The notes under the pieces are model-generated. The model was given only the letters and a program-made list of their open reading frames with translations, was not told the origin of the DNA and made no database searches. 64,000 nucleotides of DNA from an uncultured Cytophagia bacterium (GTDB lineage: Bacteria; Zhuqueibacterota; Zhuqueibacteria; Residuimicrobiales; Krinioviventaceae): NCBI GenBank assembly GCA_964607755.1, contig CAZSMC010000019.1, positions 170-64,169 on the forward strand. The letters run 5' to 3'. Positions 27,668-36,875 of the stretch are shown here, in pieces. Made by a program: the position numbers and the translations under genes. Within the stretch, counting starts at the first letter, position 1. Every line of letters starts with the position of its first letter.

Positions 27668-29074
27668 GTGTTCATCCTCTGGAAATACATCGTTAAAGAA
27701 CACATCAGTCCATTTTTCTTCGGTCTTGGCATCCTCACCATGGTCTTTTTGCTGAATCTCATTTTTCGTGACCTTGGCCGGATTCTCAGCCGCGGATTGA
27801 GCATTGGCGTTATCCTCGAGTTTTTCGCCTTGAATCTCGCCTGGATTCTCGCCCTGGCCATTCCCATGGCCGTGCTTATTGCCACGCTCATGGCTTTTGG
27901 ACGTCTTTCCGGAGACGGAGAAATCACTGCCATGAAAGCAGGCGGCGTGAGCATTCCGTTCATCATCACACCGGTGTTGATTTTGGCTATTGCAATGGCT
28001 TTTTTCCTGGTATGGTTTAACAACAATGTGCTGCCGGATGCGAATTTAAGAACCAAATTGTTATGGTCGGATATCGCTCATAAACGCCCCACGTTGCGGC
28101 TAGAACCCGGTGTGGTTTACAAGGATATTGAAGGCTATTCGATTCTCGTAAAAGGTCTGCGTGAAACCCCGGATACTTCTTTTGTAAAGGACATTTATAT
28201 CGAAGATAACAGCGAACCAAACACCAGCACATTTATTTTTGCACAGCGCGGAAAAATATTTTTGAACCAGAAAACTGGCATGCTTAATCTGTTATTGTAT
28301 GACGGTGAGATGCATGAACTCGATTTAAAAGAGATGAAAGAATACAAAAAAGTCGAGTTTCCCAGACAACTGCAGAAAATCCATGTTCCGGACATGGTGA
28401 TGACCCGCAGCAAGGAAGGACAGCGCGGCGACAGGGAAAAAAGCGCCCAGATGATGCGAACTGAGGTACGCGAGAATAAAAAAAGTATGAAGCAACGCCA
28501 GGACCGCGCGTCAAAACTCATTCGTGGATATTTCGCAAAATATTTACCGTCACCTTTTGACTATCCTGCAGCGCGTGTCGTATTTGACGCCAGCAGCGCC
28601 AACGGCCAGCACCAAAAATATTCGCTTCAAGGCGTGCACAGCGATAATATCCGCCTGAAACAGCTCGTCAAATCGGAAATGATGGCGATAAAACGCCTGA
28701 ACCGCGCCAATTACGGACTGATGGTGGAAGTTCATAAAAAATATTCAATTCCGGTGGCGTGCATTATTTTCATTCTGGTGGGCGCACCATTAGGCATCAT
28801 GGCACGACGCGGCAACATGGCTGTGGCCGGTGGCATCGCCTTTGCATTTTTTCTCATCTACTGGTCTTGCCTTATCGGCGGCGAAGAGCTGGCGAACAAC
28901 CAGATCATCTCACCTGTGCTGTCTATGTGGATTGCCAACGTTTTGTGTGGCGCGGCCGGAATCTACCTCGTGTTTCATGCGATCTATGAAACCACTTTTA
29001 TTAACTGGACACGAATAAATGGATTTTTTAAAAATATTCAACAAAAGAAAAACAGGGGAAACCCGTCGAGTTAA
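27668..29074 (+). CDS. lptF: LptF/LptG-family LPS export permease
   Basis: GTG start; LAIPMAVLIATLMAFGRLSGDGEITAMKAGG and EVHKKYSIPVACIIFILVGAPLG motifs; 3+3 TM layout around a periplasmic domain. Confidence 0.9.
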   Translation: MFILWKYIVKEHISPFFFGLGILTMVFLLNLIFRDLGRILSRGLSIGVILEFFALNLAWILALAIPMAVLIATLMAFGRLSGDGEITAMKAGGVSIPFIITPVLILAIAMAFFLVWFNNNVLPDANLRTKLLWSDIAHKRPTLRLEPGVVYKDIEGYSILVKGLRETPDTSFVKDIYIEDNSEPNTSTFIFAQRGKIFLNQKTGMLNLLLYDGEMHELDLKEMKEYKKVEFPRQLQKIHVPDMVMTRSKEGQRGDREKSAQMMRTEVRENKKSMKQRQDRASKLIRGYFAKYLPSPFDYPAARVVFDASSANGQHQKYSLQGVHSDNIRLKQLVKSEMMAIKRLNRANYGLMVEVHKKYSIPVACIIFILVGAPLGIMARRGNMAVAGGIAFAFFLIYWSCLIGGEELANNQIISPVLSMWIANVLCGAAGIYLVFHAIYETTFINWTRINGFFKNIQQKKNRGNPSS

Positions 29075-29078
29075 CATC

Positions 29079-29891
29079 ATGAATATTTTGCATACGCTTG
29101 TGTTAATTTTATATTCTGTTACTACAATCATTTACGTTTGTTATTTTATCAATCAAAGTCCAAAAACAGCTTTTGCCGCAAAAATAGCTCTTGGGCTTTC
29201 AATCCTGGTTCACGGACTTTATCTTGGCATGTTCATCCGTATAGCGCAACGCCTGCCGCTAACAAGTTTGTTCGAGGTTCTTACCGTTCTGACTTTTATA
29301 TTTGCCATCATTTATTTTGCATTGGAGCTCAACATTCACGATGCTTCCATGGGCATAATTATTTCACCGCTGCTGATTATTTTCCAGGGCATTGCCTCTA
29401 CCGGGCTGGAACCGGCAAAAAGCGTCTCTCCTATTCTCAACAATCTCCCTTTTCACGGTCATGTCTTGCTCATGATCATTGCCTATGCCAGTTTTACCAT
29501 CGCCTTTATTGCCAGTCTTTTTCATGTTCTTCTGGACAAAGAAATTCGCCTGAAAAAATTAGGCTTTTTCTTTTCGCGATTGCCGTCCCTGGAATTGCTC
29601 GATAAAATGAATCTCACAGCCGTGGCGCTCGGTTTTCTTTTTGCCACAGCCGGTATGCTGTGGGGTTTTCTGATGGCTTTGCATGTCTGGCAAGTTACCT
29701 TTCCATTGGATGCCAAGTTTATTTCATTCGTTCTGATTTGGGCGATTTATCTTTTTCTCCTTATTGCCAGAATCCGGTTGGGCTGGCAGGGCAAACGCTC
29801 CGCCTGGGTCTCGATCGTGGGCTTTGCGTTTATTCTCTTTAGCTTTCTGATTATCTCTGTCTATTTTACTCAAAAACATCTGTATCTATAA
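29079..29891 (+). CDS. ccsA: CcsA/HemX-like cytochrome c assembly family membrane protein
   Basis: Eight TM segments; HV...IIAY, RLPSLELLDKMN, GFLF.T.G..WG, D.K....W..Y and C-terminal H. The WWD motif is degenerate (WQVTFPLDAK). ATG at 29079 lies just after the lptF stop (ORF track starts at 29019). Confidence 0.82.
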   Translation: MNILHTLVLILYSVTTIIYVCYFINQSPKTAFAAKIALGLSILVHGLYLGMFIRIAQRLPLTSLFEVLTVLTFIFAIIYFALELNIHDASMGIIISPLLIIFQGIASTGLEPAKSVSPILNNLPFHGHVLLMIIAYASFTIAFIASLFHVLLDKEIRLKKLGFFFSRLPSLELLDKMNLTAVALGFLFATAGMLWGFLMALHVWQVTFPLDAKFISFVLIWAIYLFLLIARIRLGWQGKRSAWVSIVGFAFILFSFLIISVYFTQKHLYL

Positions 29892-29892
29892 A

Positions 29893-30210
29893 ATGCACAT
29901 TATTGCTTTTGGTTTACATAAACCTGTGGTTCCCGAGTCCCGGGAATATATTATTGATTCGCACAATTCACGTCCTATAATCAATGCGTTGCTTTCAGAC
30001 ATTTCTGTAAATAGCGAAATGCGCTCATCATCGGCCATAACGGTCTTGCAGAAACTGTCCTTTCAGCTCTGTCCTGGCATAAAATGAAAAGCCTTGCCGT
30101 TTTTCCATCATCGCGTCATAGAGTATCTCGTCTGACTAAATCCAAGAATGCGAAAGTGCTCTCGCCCCGTGAAGAGGAGAAAATATTGCTTAACGTGCAG
30201 GTGATAATTC
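29893..30210 (+). pseudogene. hemA: Eroded hemA (glutamyl-tRNA reductase)-like relic
   Basis: Frame 1 MHIIAFGLHKPVVPESRE resembles the HemA N-terminus; frame 3 from 30018 NALIIGHNGLAETVLSALSWHKMKSLAVF...RVSRLTKSKNAKVL...ILLNVQVII resembles the HemA NADPH-binding segment. No STCNR catalytic motif; frameshift near 30018; starts 1 nt after the ccsA/hemX stop. Confidence 0.6.
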
Positions 30211-30248
30211 GCCGGGACCAGCATCTCTCTGAACAGTTCACTGCTGCC

Positions 30249-31337
30249 CTACAGCCATTTCCTGCGTTTGAAAAACGTGATCAAACCGCCAAAGACGACC
30301 AGCACGATCAGCCAAAAAACCGGATAGGAATATTTCCAGCCAAGTTCCGGCATATACTCGAAATTCATGCCATAAATTCCGGCAAAAAAAGTGACCGGGA
30401 TGAAAAGCGTCGCAATAATGGTCAGCACTTTCATGACCTCATTCATTCGATTGCTGACATTGGATAGATATGTGTCCATGAGCCCGGAGACCAACTCGCG
30501 CTGATGTTCCAGAGAATCTGTCACCTGTAACATATGATCATTCAAATCGCGGATAAAAATCTTGGTTGATTCTTCAATCTGATCGAATTCTTCCTTATAG
30601 AGTGCGTTGATCGCTTCCCGAAAAGGACGAATAACACGACGTATGTTAAACAGCTCACGCTTTAAATTCTGTATATGTTCCACCTGCTTTTGTTCCGGCT
30701 CAACAGACACTTCGTACTCGAGCTGTTCATATTTCTCCTCGAACATTTCCAGGGATGCCAGGTAATGATCGACAGTAAGGTCCAGAAGGGCATAAAAAAG
30801 ATAATCCGCATTTCTTTGTCGCGCGCGACTTTTCAGCTGCTCCAGTCGCTTCAGCATCGGATTAACCAGGGACCGGTCACCTTCATGAAAAGTCAAGAGC
30901 ACATCATTAAACAATAACATGCTCAACTGCTCCATTTTAAATTCCCCGCTGGTATTTTCCACGGTAATTGATTTAAAGGTAATGAAAATATAGTCCTCAT
31001 AATCCTCCAGCTTTGGTCGCTGGCTGGTGTTAATGATATCTTCCAGCACCAGTGAATCAATTTTTAGGCGCTCGCCGAGTTGTCTAAGCAAATGCACATC
31101 GTGAATGCCCAGGATACGATACCATTGGACTTTGCCCCGGGTTGGTTTGCGGGAAAGCTGTTCAGGTTGAATATTCTCCAGATGCGAAATCGTCTCTGTA
31201 TTGTATGTTGTCAGTTCAATGGTAACGGGAAATAATTTTTGTTCGCCAGTATAAACCATAGAGCCTGGCGGCAAACCAACTTTGACAGCGCTTTTTCGAC
31301 GTCCGATCATAAAAGACCCCGTTTTTTTCTCGACCAA
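30249..31337 (-). CDS. corA: Magnesium/cobalt transporter CorA
   Basis: GLPPGS N-terminus, LEDIINTSQRPKLEDY, YALLD..VDHY, MNEVMKVLT and GIYGMNF (GMN) motifs. Confidence 0.97.
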   Translation of the reverse strand: MVEKKTGSFMIGRRKSAVKVGLPPGSMVYTGEQKLFPVTIELTTYNTETISHLENIQPEQLSRKPTRGKVQWYRILGIHDVHLLRQLGERLKIDSLVLEDIINTSQRPKLEDYEDYIFITFKSITVENTSGEFKMEQLSMLLFNDVLLTFHEGDRSLVNPMLKRLEQLKSRARQRNADYLFYALLDLTVDHYLASLEMFEEKYEQLEYEVSVEPEQKQVEHIQNLKRELFNIRRVIRPFREAINALYKEEFDQIEESTKIFIRDLNDHMLQVTDSLEHQRELVSGLMDTYLSNVSNRMNEVMKVLTIIATLFIPVTFFAGIYGMNFEYMPELGWKYSYPVFWLIVLVVFGGLITFFKRRKWL

Positions 31338-31625
31338 TTATTTAACATAATAAAAATTAAAAATTTATTTTATTATTCCAATAAAATAACTCTGTTGATA
31401 AAAGAATAATATTATTTTTGTAACTGCAACATAGACTGCCAAAGAGAAAAATATAATCAAAACACAGGATTAAAAATATGGAAATATGAGGTAATGATCT
31501 TTTGTTAAAGTAAAAAAATCGTCGGCAAAATTGATGGTACTTGATACCTAAGAATGAAAATTGTTTTATGCGCACAGTTATTTCGGCTATTAGCAAAACG
31601 GCAAACTGACCCAGGCAAATAATAG

Positions 31626-32945
31626 ATGAAACAATTCATCCAGAAACTCTCGAAATCCAATAAAATTCCATTCGACAAAGTTGTCCTGGGACTTATTTAC
31701 AACAAGCCTCTCGGATTCTGGCTCAGGTACAAAGATTATCTCAAATTACAGTTTCTTAAAAAACTTGACAAAATCCTGGTTATCTCGGACGTGAATATTG
31801 GCGACTCGGTGATGCTGCAAACGGCTGTCGAGGCATTCCGGTATTATTTCCCGGATGCTGAAATCGATTATATGTACAATGCCAAGGTAGATCAATTAAT
31901 CAGCCATAACCCTTCCATTTCCACCACTTTTCCATTATTTCACAGCAGTACAGATTATAACCAAAATAAAAAAAATCTGCAGAAAATTCACACCGTTCTG
32001 CAGCAAAAGAAATATGATTTAATTTTAAACATGTGTCCTCTTGTCACGCATCAAGATTTAAAAAAATACAACAGAATGGTTATTACGGTAATTAACCTTT
32101 TATTGCGTATTCTCAATTCTCATAAACGCAGTGAAATGGCAAGTTTACCATTTCATATTGTGGATTATATTAACAATCTTGTTTTTCATCTGCCAGCAAG
32201 TCTACGGCCGCAAAAGAATCATCTTCAATTTCGAGGCACATTTGTTTATCTTGACAGGGATATCATTCATCAACGCGAAGAATTTGTTCACGAACACAAC
32301 CTTTCTTCAGAGAAAAGGATTATTTTTATCAATCCGGATACGTCGAACATTTATACATTTATCCAACCCGACTTTTATGTTAAACTTATTCATTCCTTGC
32401 TGCAATCCGGAGAGATTGACCACATTCTTTTGGGCCGCAGTTACAAATTCAAGGGTACTTCAACCGAGATTTTCAACAGCCTTTCAACGCCGTTGAAAAA
32501 CCATGTAACAATGTTGCCTCGCCATTCATCTTTAGCTTTTTATGCGGCTATGGTCGATGTGTGCGACGGTTATGTGACCGGAGATACGGGTCCGTTGCAC
32601 ATTGCGGCTGCTAAAAGAGTTTCTACCTGGCCTGGTTATTCCTTTAACAACAACACGGTCATTGTCAGCCTGTTCAAGGCAACCGAACCGGCAATCTATG
32701 GTTATGATTCGTTTTCGAATTTGATAATCGACTCCAGTCAATCGGCGCCGGCTCGCGCCTTTGAACTGGATTTAAGCTGCAAAGACATCACCTGCTCAAT
32801 TCAGCGAATTATCAAAACATGCGATGCCGCAAAATGTATGTCTTCATTTAGAGCAGACGAGATTTCCGATTTCATCCTGCAAAACATTAACCATAAAGAG
32901 CGGCCAAAAAATTATGAGCTATCAGAGTCAGTTAACTGGCAATAA
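31626..32945 (+). CDS. Glycosyltransferase family 9 (heptosyltransferase-like)
   Basis: ILVISDVNIGDSVML...FPDAEID, VTGDTGPLHIAAA and a Cys-rich C-terminal tail. Confidence 0.85.
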   Translation: MKQFIQKLSKSNKIPFDKVVLGLIYNKPLGFWLRYKDYLKLQFLKKLDKILVISDVNIGDSVMLQTAVEAFRYYFPDAEIDYMYNAKVDQLISHNPSISTTFPLFHSSTDYNQNKKNLQKIHTVLQQKKYDLILNMCPLVTHQDLKKYNRMVITVINLLLRILNSHKRSEMASLPFHIVDYINNLVFHLPASLRPQKNHLQFRGTFVYLDRDIIHQREEFVHEHNLSSEKRIIFINPDTSNIYTFIQPDFYVKLIHSLLQSGEIDHILLGRSYKFKGTSTEIFNSLSTPLKNHVTMLPRHSSLAFYAAMVDVCDGYVTGDTGPLHIAAAKRVSTWPGYSFNNNTVIVSLFKATEPAIYGYDSFSNLIIDSSQSAPARAFELDLSCKDITCSIQRIIKTCDAAKCMSSFRADEISDFILQNINHKERPKNYELSESVNWQ

Positions 32946-33573
32946 TCGCCGGATGTTTTTCTGTGGCATCTCTTTATTTGCTGCAATTTTTATTTCCCTT
33001 GCTTATTTGTTCGTTTTTCAAAAAGTTGATTTTTTTAAAGTTATAAGTATCATGATCGCGTCCCTTGCTGGCGGGCGTTCCGCTGCTATTCTCACCGGAC
33101 TTGAACTAAAATTACACAATCTTGTCATCAGTTTGATTGTTTTCGCCATCAATCTGGCATGGTTGTTGACGTTCTTTGCCCTGCTCATTGCCTTTTTCCA
33201 TCACGTAACTGAAATTAAATATGTGGGAAAATTTTTAGAATCGACCAAAGAACGCGCTGAATTGCAAAAATTAAAAGTAGCAACCTGGGGCTCGTGGGCT
33301 CTGCCTGTTTTTATCTGGCTGCCATTTCCATTTACCGGGTCTTTTGCCGGAGCAATCATTGGATTTTTAATGGGAATCCCCCTTGCCAGATTGCTTGTTA
33401 TCGTCATCGGCTCCATGCTAGTTGGCATTATATCATGGACATACGGATTTCACAGTCTGCTTATCATCACAGGCCCTGTAGGTAAAATCGTGACATATTC
33501 TCTTATTGGCATACTTGTCATTCACGGACTTGTGCAGAACAAAAAACAGTTAAAGAGCATAAATAAAAATTGA
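32914..33573 (+). CDS. COG2426 / putative small multi-drug export family membrane protein
   Basis: GGRSAAILTG and LPVFIWLPFPFTGSFAGAIIGFLMG motifs; multiple TMs; ATG at 32914 overlaps the GT9 end (ORF track starts at 32824). Confidence 0.75.
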   Translation: MSYQSQLTGNNRRMFFCGISLFAAIFISLAYLFVFQKVDFFKVISIMIASLAGGRSAAILTGLELKLHNLVISLIVFAINLAWLLTFFALLIAFFHHVTEIKYVGKFLESTKERAELQKLKVATWGSWALPVFIWLPFPFTGSFAGAIIGFLMGIPLARLLVIVIGSMLVGIISWTYGFHSLLIITGPVGKIVTYSLIGILVIHGLVQNKKQLKSINKN

Positions 33574-33575
33574 TT

Positions 33576-34361
33576 ATGGAAAACTCTGAGACGAAAACTG
33601 TCATTATTCTCACCATGCCGAGAAGCGGTTCATCTCTTTTAGCCGGAATCTTGCATCACCTCGGTGTTCCTATGGGAAATTCGTCGGATTTGGAAAAAGG
33701 CCAACATTTAAATAGATACGGCTGTTATGAAGATCAATGGTTCCAGTCGATTAGTTTGAATATCCTTTTTGAATCGCGCTTATTATTAGACCTGACAAAA
33801 CGGCTCAACATGGACGAAGAGCGAATTAAAAACGTGGTGCAGAACTATAAAGCTGAAATCGAAGAGTTTGTCAACGAAAACGAACAGCAAACCTGGGGAT
33901 TTAAGGACCCGGCGCTGATTTACAGTTTACCGTATTTTCACAACCTGTTTAAAAATCCTTACTATATTCATTTGAAACGAAACACCCGCGATTCAGCCGG
34001 ATCGCTTTATAAAACATTCCGGCCGTCGTACTGGATTCCGGAAATGAAGGAAAAGTTCCCCCTGTTCAAACCGCGTAACCGGATGCGGATCATTTTGCGA
34101 ACGGCCAACCTACTTTTCACCAAACAAAAGGATTACAATGAACAACAAGTTTTTGAACAGGTCATTGAAAGGGGCCACCGGCGGATAGAGCATTTTTTGA
34201 GAAAAAAGAAAAAGCATATATTTATTCAACTGGAAAGTCTTTTACAAAAACCGGAACGACACATTCAGGAATTGACCGAGTTTTTGGACCTGGACACGTC
34301 TCGCGAGAATTACCAGAGCGCCTTGCAATTTCTTGACCCTGACCTGGTTAATTCGTATTAG
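33576..34361 (+). CDS. PAPS-dependent sulfotransferase family protein
   Basis: VIILTMPRSGSSLLAGILHHLG (5'-PSB loop), WGFKDP, YIHLKRN..DSA.SL and a C-terminal FL..FL..L pattern. Confidence 0.88.
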   Translation: MENSETKTVIILTMPRSGSSLLAGILHHLGVPMGNSSDLEKGQHLNRYGCYEDQWFQSISLNILFESRLLLDLTKRLNMDEERIKNVVQNYKAEIEEFVNENEQQTWGFKDPALIYSLPYFHNLFKNPYYIHLKRNTRDSAGSLYKTFRPSYWIPEMKEKFPLFKPRNRMRIILRTANLLFTKQKDYNEQQVFEQVIERGHRRIEHFLRKKKKHIFIQLESLLQKPERHIQELTEFLDLDTSRENYQSALQFLDPDLVNSY

Positions 34362-34472
34362 GGGGTATCGCTGGCTATCGCTTTTTTACTCAAATGCAAT
34401 GACTTATGGTTTTTTATTGTGTATAAAATCTGATCTATAATTAAGGAATCTTTTAATCGATCATCAAAATTT

Positions 34473-34748
34473 TTATTTCTCTCCCAACGCAAAATGCTTG
34501 CGCACGTCTTCAATAATGTCCCAGGTGCAGTCCATGCCTTTGGGAAATTCCACCAGATCGCCAGCTTTGATTTCCACTGGCTCGCCGTCATCCGGAGTGA
34601 CCACAACTTTGCCTTTGAGCAAGTAACAAGTTTCTTTTTCGTCATAATGCCAGGGAAATTCAGAAGCCTCTTTTTCCCATATCGGCCAGCTTTTAACACC
34701 TAACTTTTCCAGCTTTTGTTCATCAGGTTGTTCAACTTTGATCTTCAT
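34473..34748 (-). CDS. Cupin (DUF861/EutQ-like) small protein
   Basis: 91 aa MKIKVEQP...WPIWEKEASEFPWHYDEKETCYLLKGKV....GDLVEFPKGMDCTW; start at 34748 avoids overlap with the upstream gene. Confidence 0.9.
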   Translation of the reverse strand: MKIKVEQPDEQKLEKLGVKSWPIWEKEASEFPWHYDEKETCYLLKGKVVVTPDDGEPVEIKAGDLVEFPKGMDCTWDIIEDVRKHFALGEK

Positions 34749-34761
34749 TTTGGTCCTTTCT

Positions 34762-35469
34762 CTAATTTGTAATAATTTCGACGAATTTTTCGAGCGTCTT
34801 GAGGGCCTCACCAGCAGGTGGCGTTTCGTTCCAGTGCGATGACTCTTCACCATCATGATTGATGATAAGATGGTCAAAAGTCGTGCCCAACATGATTTCT
34901 TCCCAGGCAGCGTTTGCCCGGATATGAATATCTTTCATCACTGCCGAGGTTAATTCAACTCCCTGATTTTGTGCGCGCCGGATGAGTTTAGTCACCTGAA
35001 TCGAAGCCAGAGCCTCCTGCATGCTGATATCGTTATCCATTAAATCCCGCACGTCTAATATTTCTTTATCCGAAACCGGCTGCATAAAAACAGTCACCCA
35101 GGTAATAGGCTGTTGACGCTCCTTGATTCGGGGATGCTGCAAGAGTATTTTCGCGACTTTGGGATAAATATCAAAAATCACCAGATCATTTTGTTCAAGC
35201 AATTGGCAAAGCTGTTCAGTATCCACAGCTTGCCACATATTGCGCGCCTTGGCAATGGCATATCGTTCAGGCGGCAATGACTTTATTTCTTTTTTAGATC
35301 GAAAAAAATAATCTTCTCCTTCCTTTTCTGCCGGCCGTTTTTTCCGGCTGGTAAAAAGCACAGGCTGTCCAAAAGCGATCTCTGGATGTGTACGCTTCAA
35401 AGCCTTCAGCATGGGCGTTTTTCCCACACAAGAGGTGCCGGATAAAATCACAACCTTTTTCATGTCCAT
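34762..35469 (-). CDS. Guanylate kinase-like P-loop kinase (divergent)
   Basis: ILSGTSCVGKT P-loop, FTSRKKRPAEKEGEDYFF (Gmk NMP-binding motif), FDHLIIN; lacks the usual YYGT motif. Confidence 0.75.
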   Translation of the reverse strand: MDMKKVVILSGTSCVGKTPMLKALKRTHPEIAFGQPVLFTSRKKRPAEKEGEDYFFRSKKEIKSLPPERYAIAKARNMWQAVDTEQLCQLLEQNDLVIFDIYPKVAKILLQHPRIKERQQPITWVTVFMQPVSDKEILDVRDLMDNDISMQEALASIQVTKLIRRAQNQGVELTSAVMKDIHIRANAAWEEIMLGTTFDHLIINHDGEESSHWNETPPAGEALKTLEKFVEIITN

Positions 35470-35752
35470 CTCACAAGTAAATTATTCGGTTTTTGTAATT
35501 AAAAAGACACAACCTGAAATCTGAACTTTGCCGCGCAACAAGCGTTAAAATAACTTTTTTGAAAATACACAATTTACATTTAGAATCAATGATTTTTTCG
35601 TCCATATTTCATTTTTATGCTCAAAGTTAAAATTCGATTATCGAGAATGATTCGTAAAAATGTGTTTTTTTATCTAATTTCAACAAACTTGATTCTTTGT
35701 GAAATTCATCGTATATTTGTTAGTTAAATTATAGGAGAACAATGGGATATCT

Positions 35753-36869
35753 ATGGTAGAAGAATTAAAGGAAAAACTGTCTGACCTGCGTGAACGCATT
35801 GATAATTTATGGAGGTATCTTTGACATTGACACCAGGCAAGAAGAAGTAAAAGAACTTGAACGCGAATCCCGGCAACCGGATTTCTGGGATAATCCAGAA
35901 CACGCGCAAAAAGTCATGCGCGATATCAGTTCGCATCGCGAATGGATACAAGCCTGGCAAAACATCGATGACACGTGCAAGCAAATGAGCGAACTCGTGG
36001 ACATGGCAGATGCTGAAAAAGACGAAAGCGTGGTCACTGACATTCAATCTGAAGTGCAGCAACTTGAAAAAAACATTGAAAAACTGGAATTTCAAAAAAT
36101 GCTTGGTAATCCTGAGGATTCGAAAAACGCCATTCTCACCATTCATCCCGGAGCTGGCGGCACCGAGTCTCAGGACTGGGCTGAAATGTTGATGCGCATG
36201 TACACCCGCTGGATCGAACGCCAGGGTTTCAAGAGCGAGATCCTGGATTTCCAGGCTGGTGATGAAGCCGGTCTCAAAAGCGTGTCCATCGAGGTCACTG
36301 GCAATTATGCGTATGGCTATTTAAAAGCCGAGGCCGGCGTTCACCGGCTGGTTCGCATTTCGCCGTTCGACGCCAACAAGCGCCGGCACACATCCTTTGC
36401 TTCGGTTTTTGTCTACCCTGAAATTGATAACAGCATTGAAGTTGACGTTGACGATAAAGACCTTCGCATCGACACTTATCGTGCCAGTGGAGCCGGAGGT
36501 CAGCATGTCAATAAAACCAGCTCGGCTGTGCGAATTACTCACATCCCAACAGGGATTGTGGCGCAATGTCAGAACGAACGTTCCCAGCACCGCAACAAAG
36601 ATGCGGCTATGAAAATTCTTTTATCCCATTTATATAAATTAAAACTGGAAGAAGAAGAGGCGAAAAAATCGGAACTGGAAAATTCAAAAAAAGACATCGG
36701 ATGGGGCAATCAAATTCGTTCGTACGTTTTCCATCCATACAATATGGTCAAAGATCACCGGACAAATTATGAGACGAGCAATGTGCAAGCTGTCATGGAC
36801 GGTGAAATCGACGAGTTTATCGAACACTATCTCATGCAAACGACTGAAAAAATCAAAGCCAATCCGTGA
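35753..36869 (+). CDS. prfB: Peptide chain release factor 2, expressed by programmed +1 frameshift
   Basis: ATG 35753 gives MVEELKEKLSDLRERIDNLWRYL then TGA; +1 frame continues DIDTRQ...; SPF and GGQ motifs (RISPFD, GAGGQHVN). Confidence 0.97.
35811..35825 (+). other. RF2 autoregulatory +1 frameshift cassette
   Basis: GGAGGT-AT-CTT-TGA-C: internal Shine-Dalgarno, CTT at 35819-35821, TGA at 35822-35824, followed by C. Confidence 0.96.
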
Positions 36870-36875
36870 GGTGAC

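Noticed and set aside
30010-30025. Programmed -1 frameshift restoring a functional mini-HemA
   Set aside because: Only a 3-A run with no slippery heptamer or stimulatory structure, and the catalytic motif would still be absent; decay or an assembly indel is more parsimonious.
30084-30467. Independent 127-aa gene
   Set aside because: Its 5' part belongs to the hemA relic and its 3' half is antisense to corA.
35790-36869. prfB starting at the ORF-track position 35790
   Set aside because: The true N-terminus is in another frame from 35753 and joins through the CTT-TGA-C frameshift.
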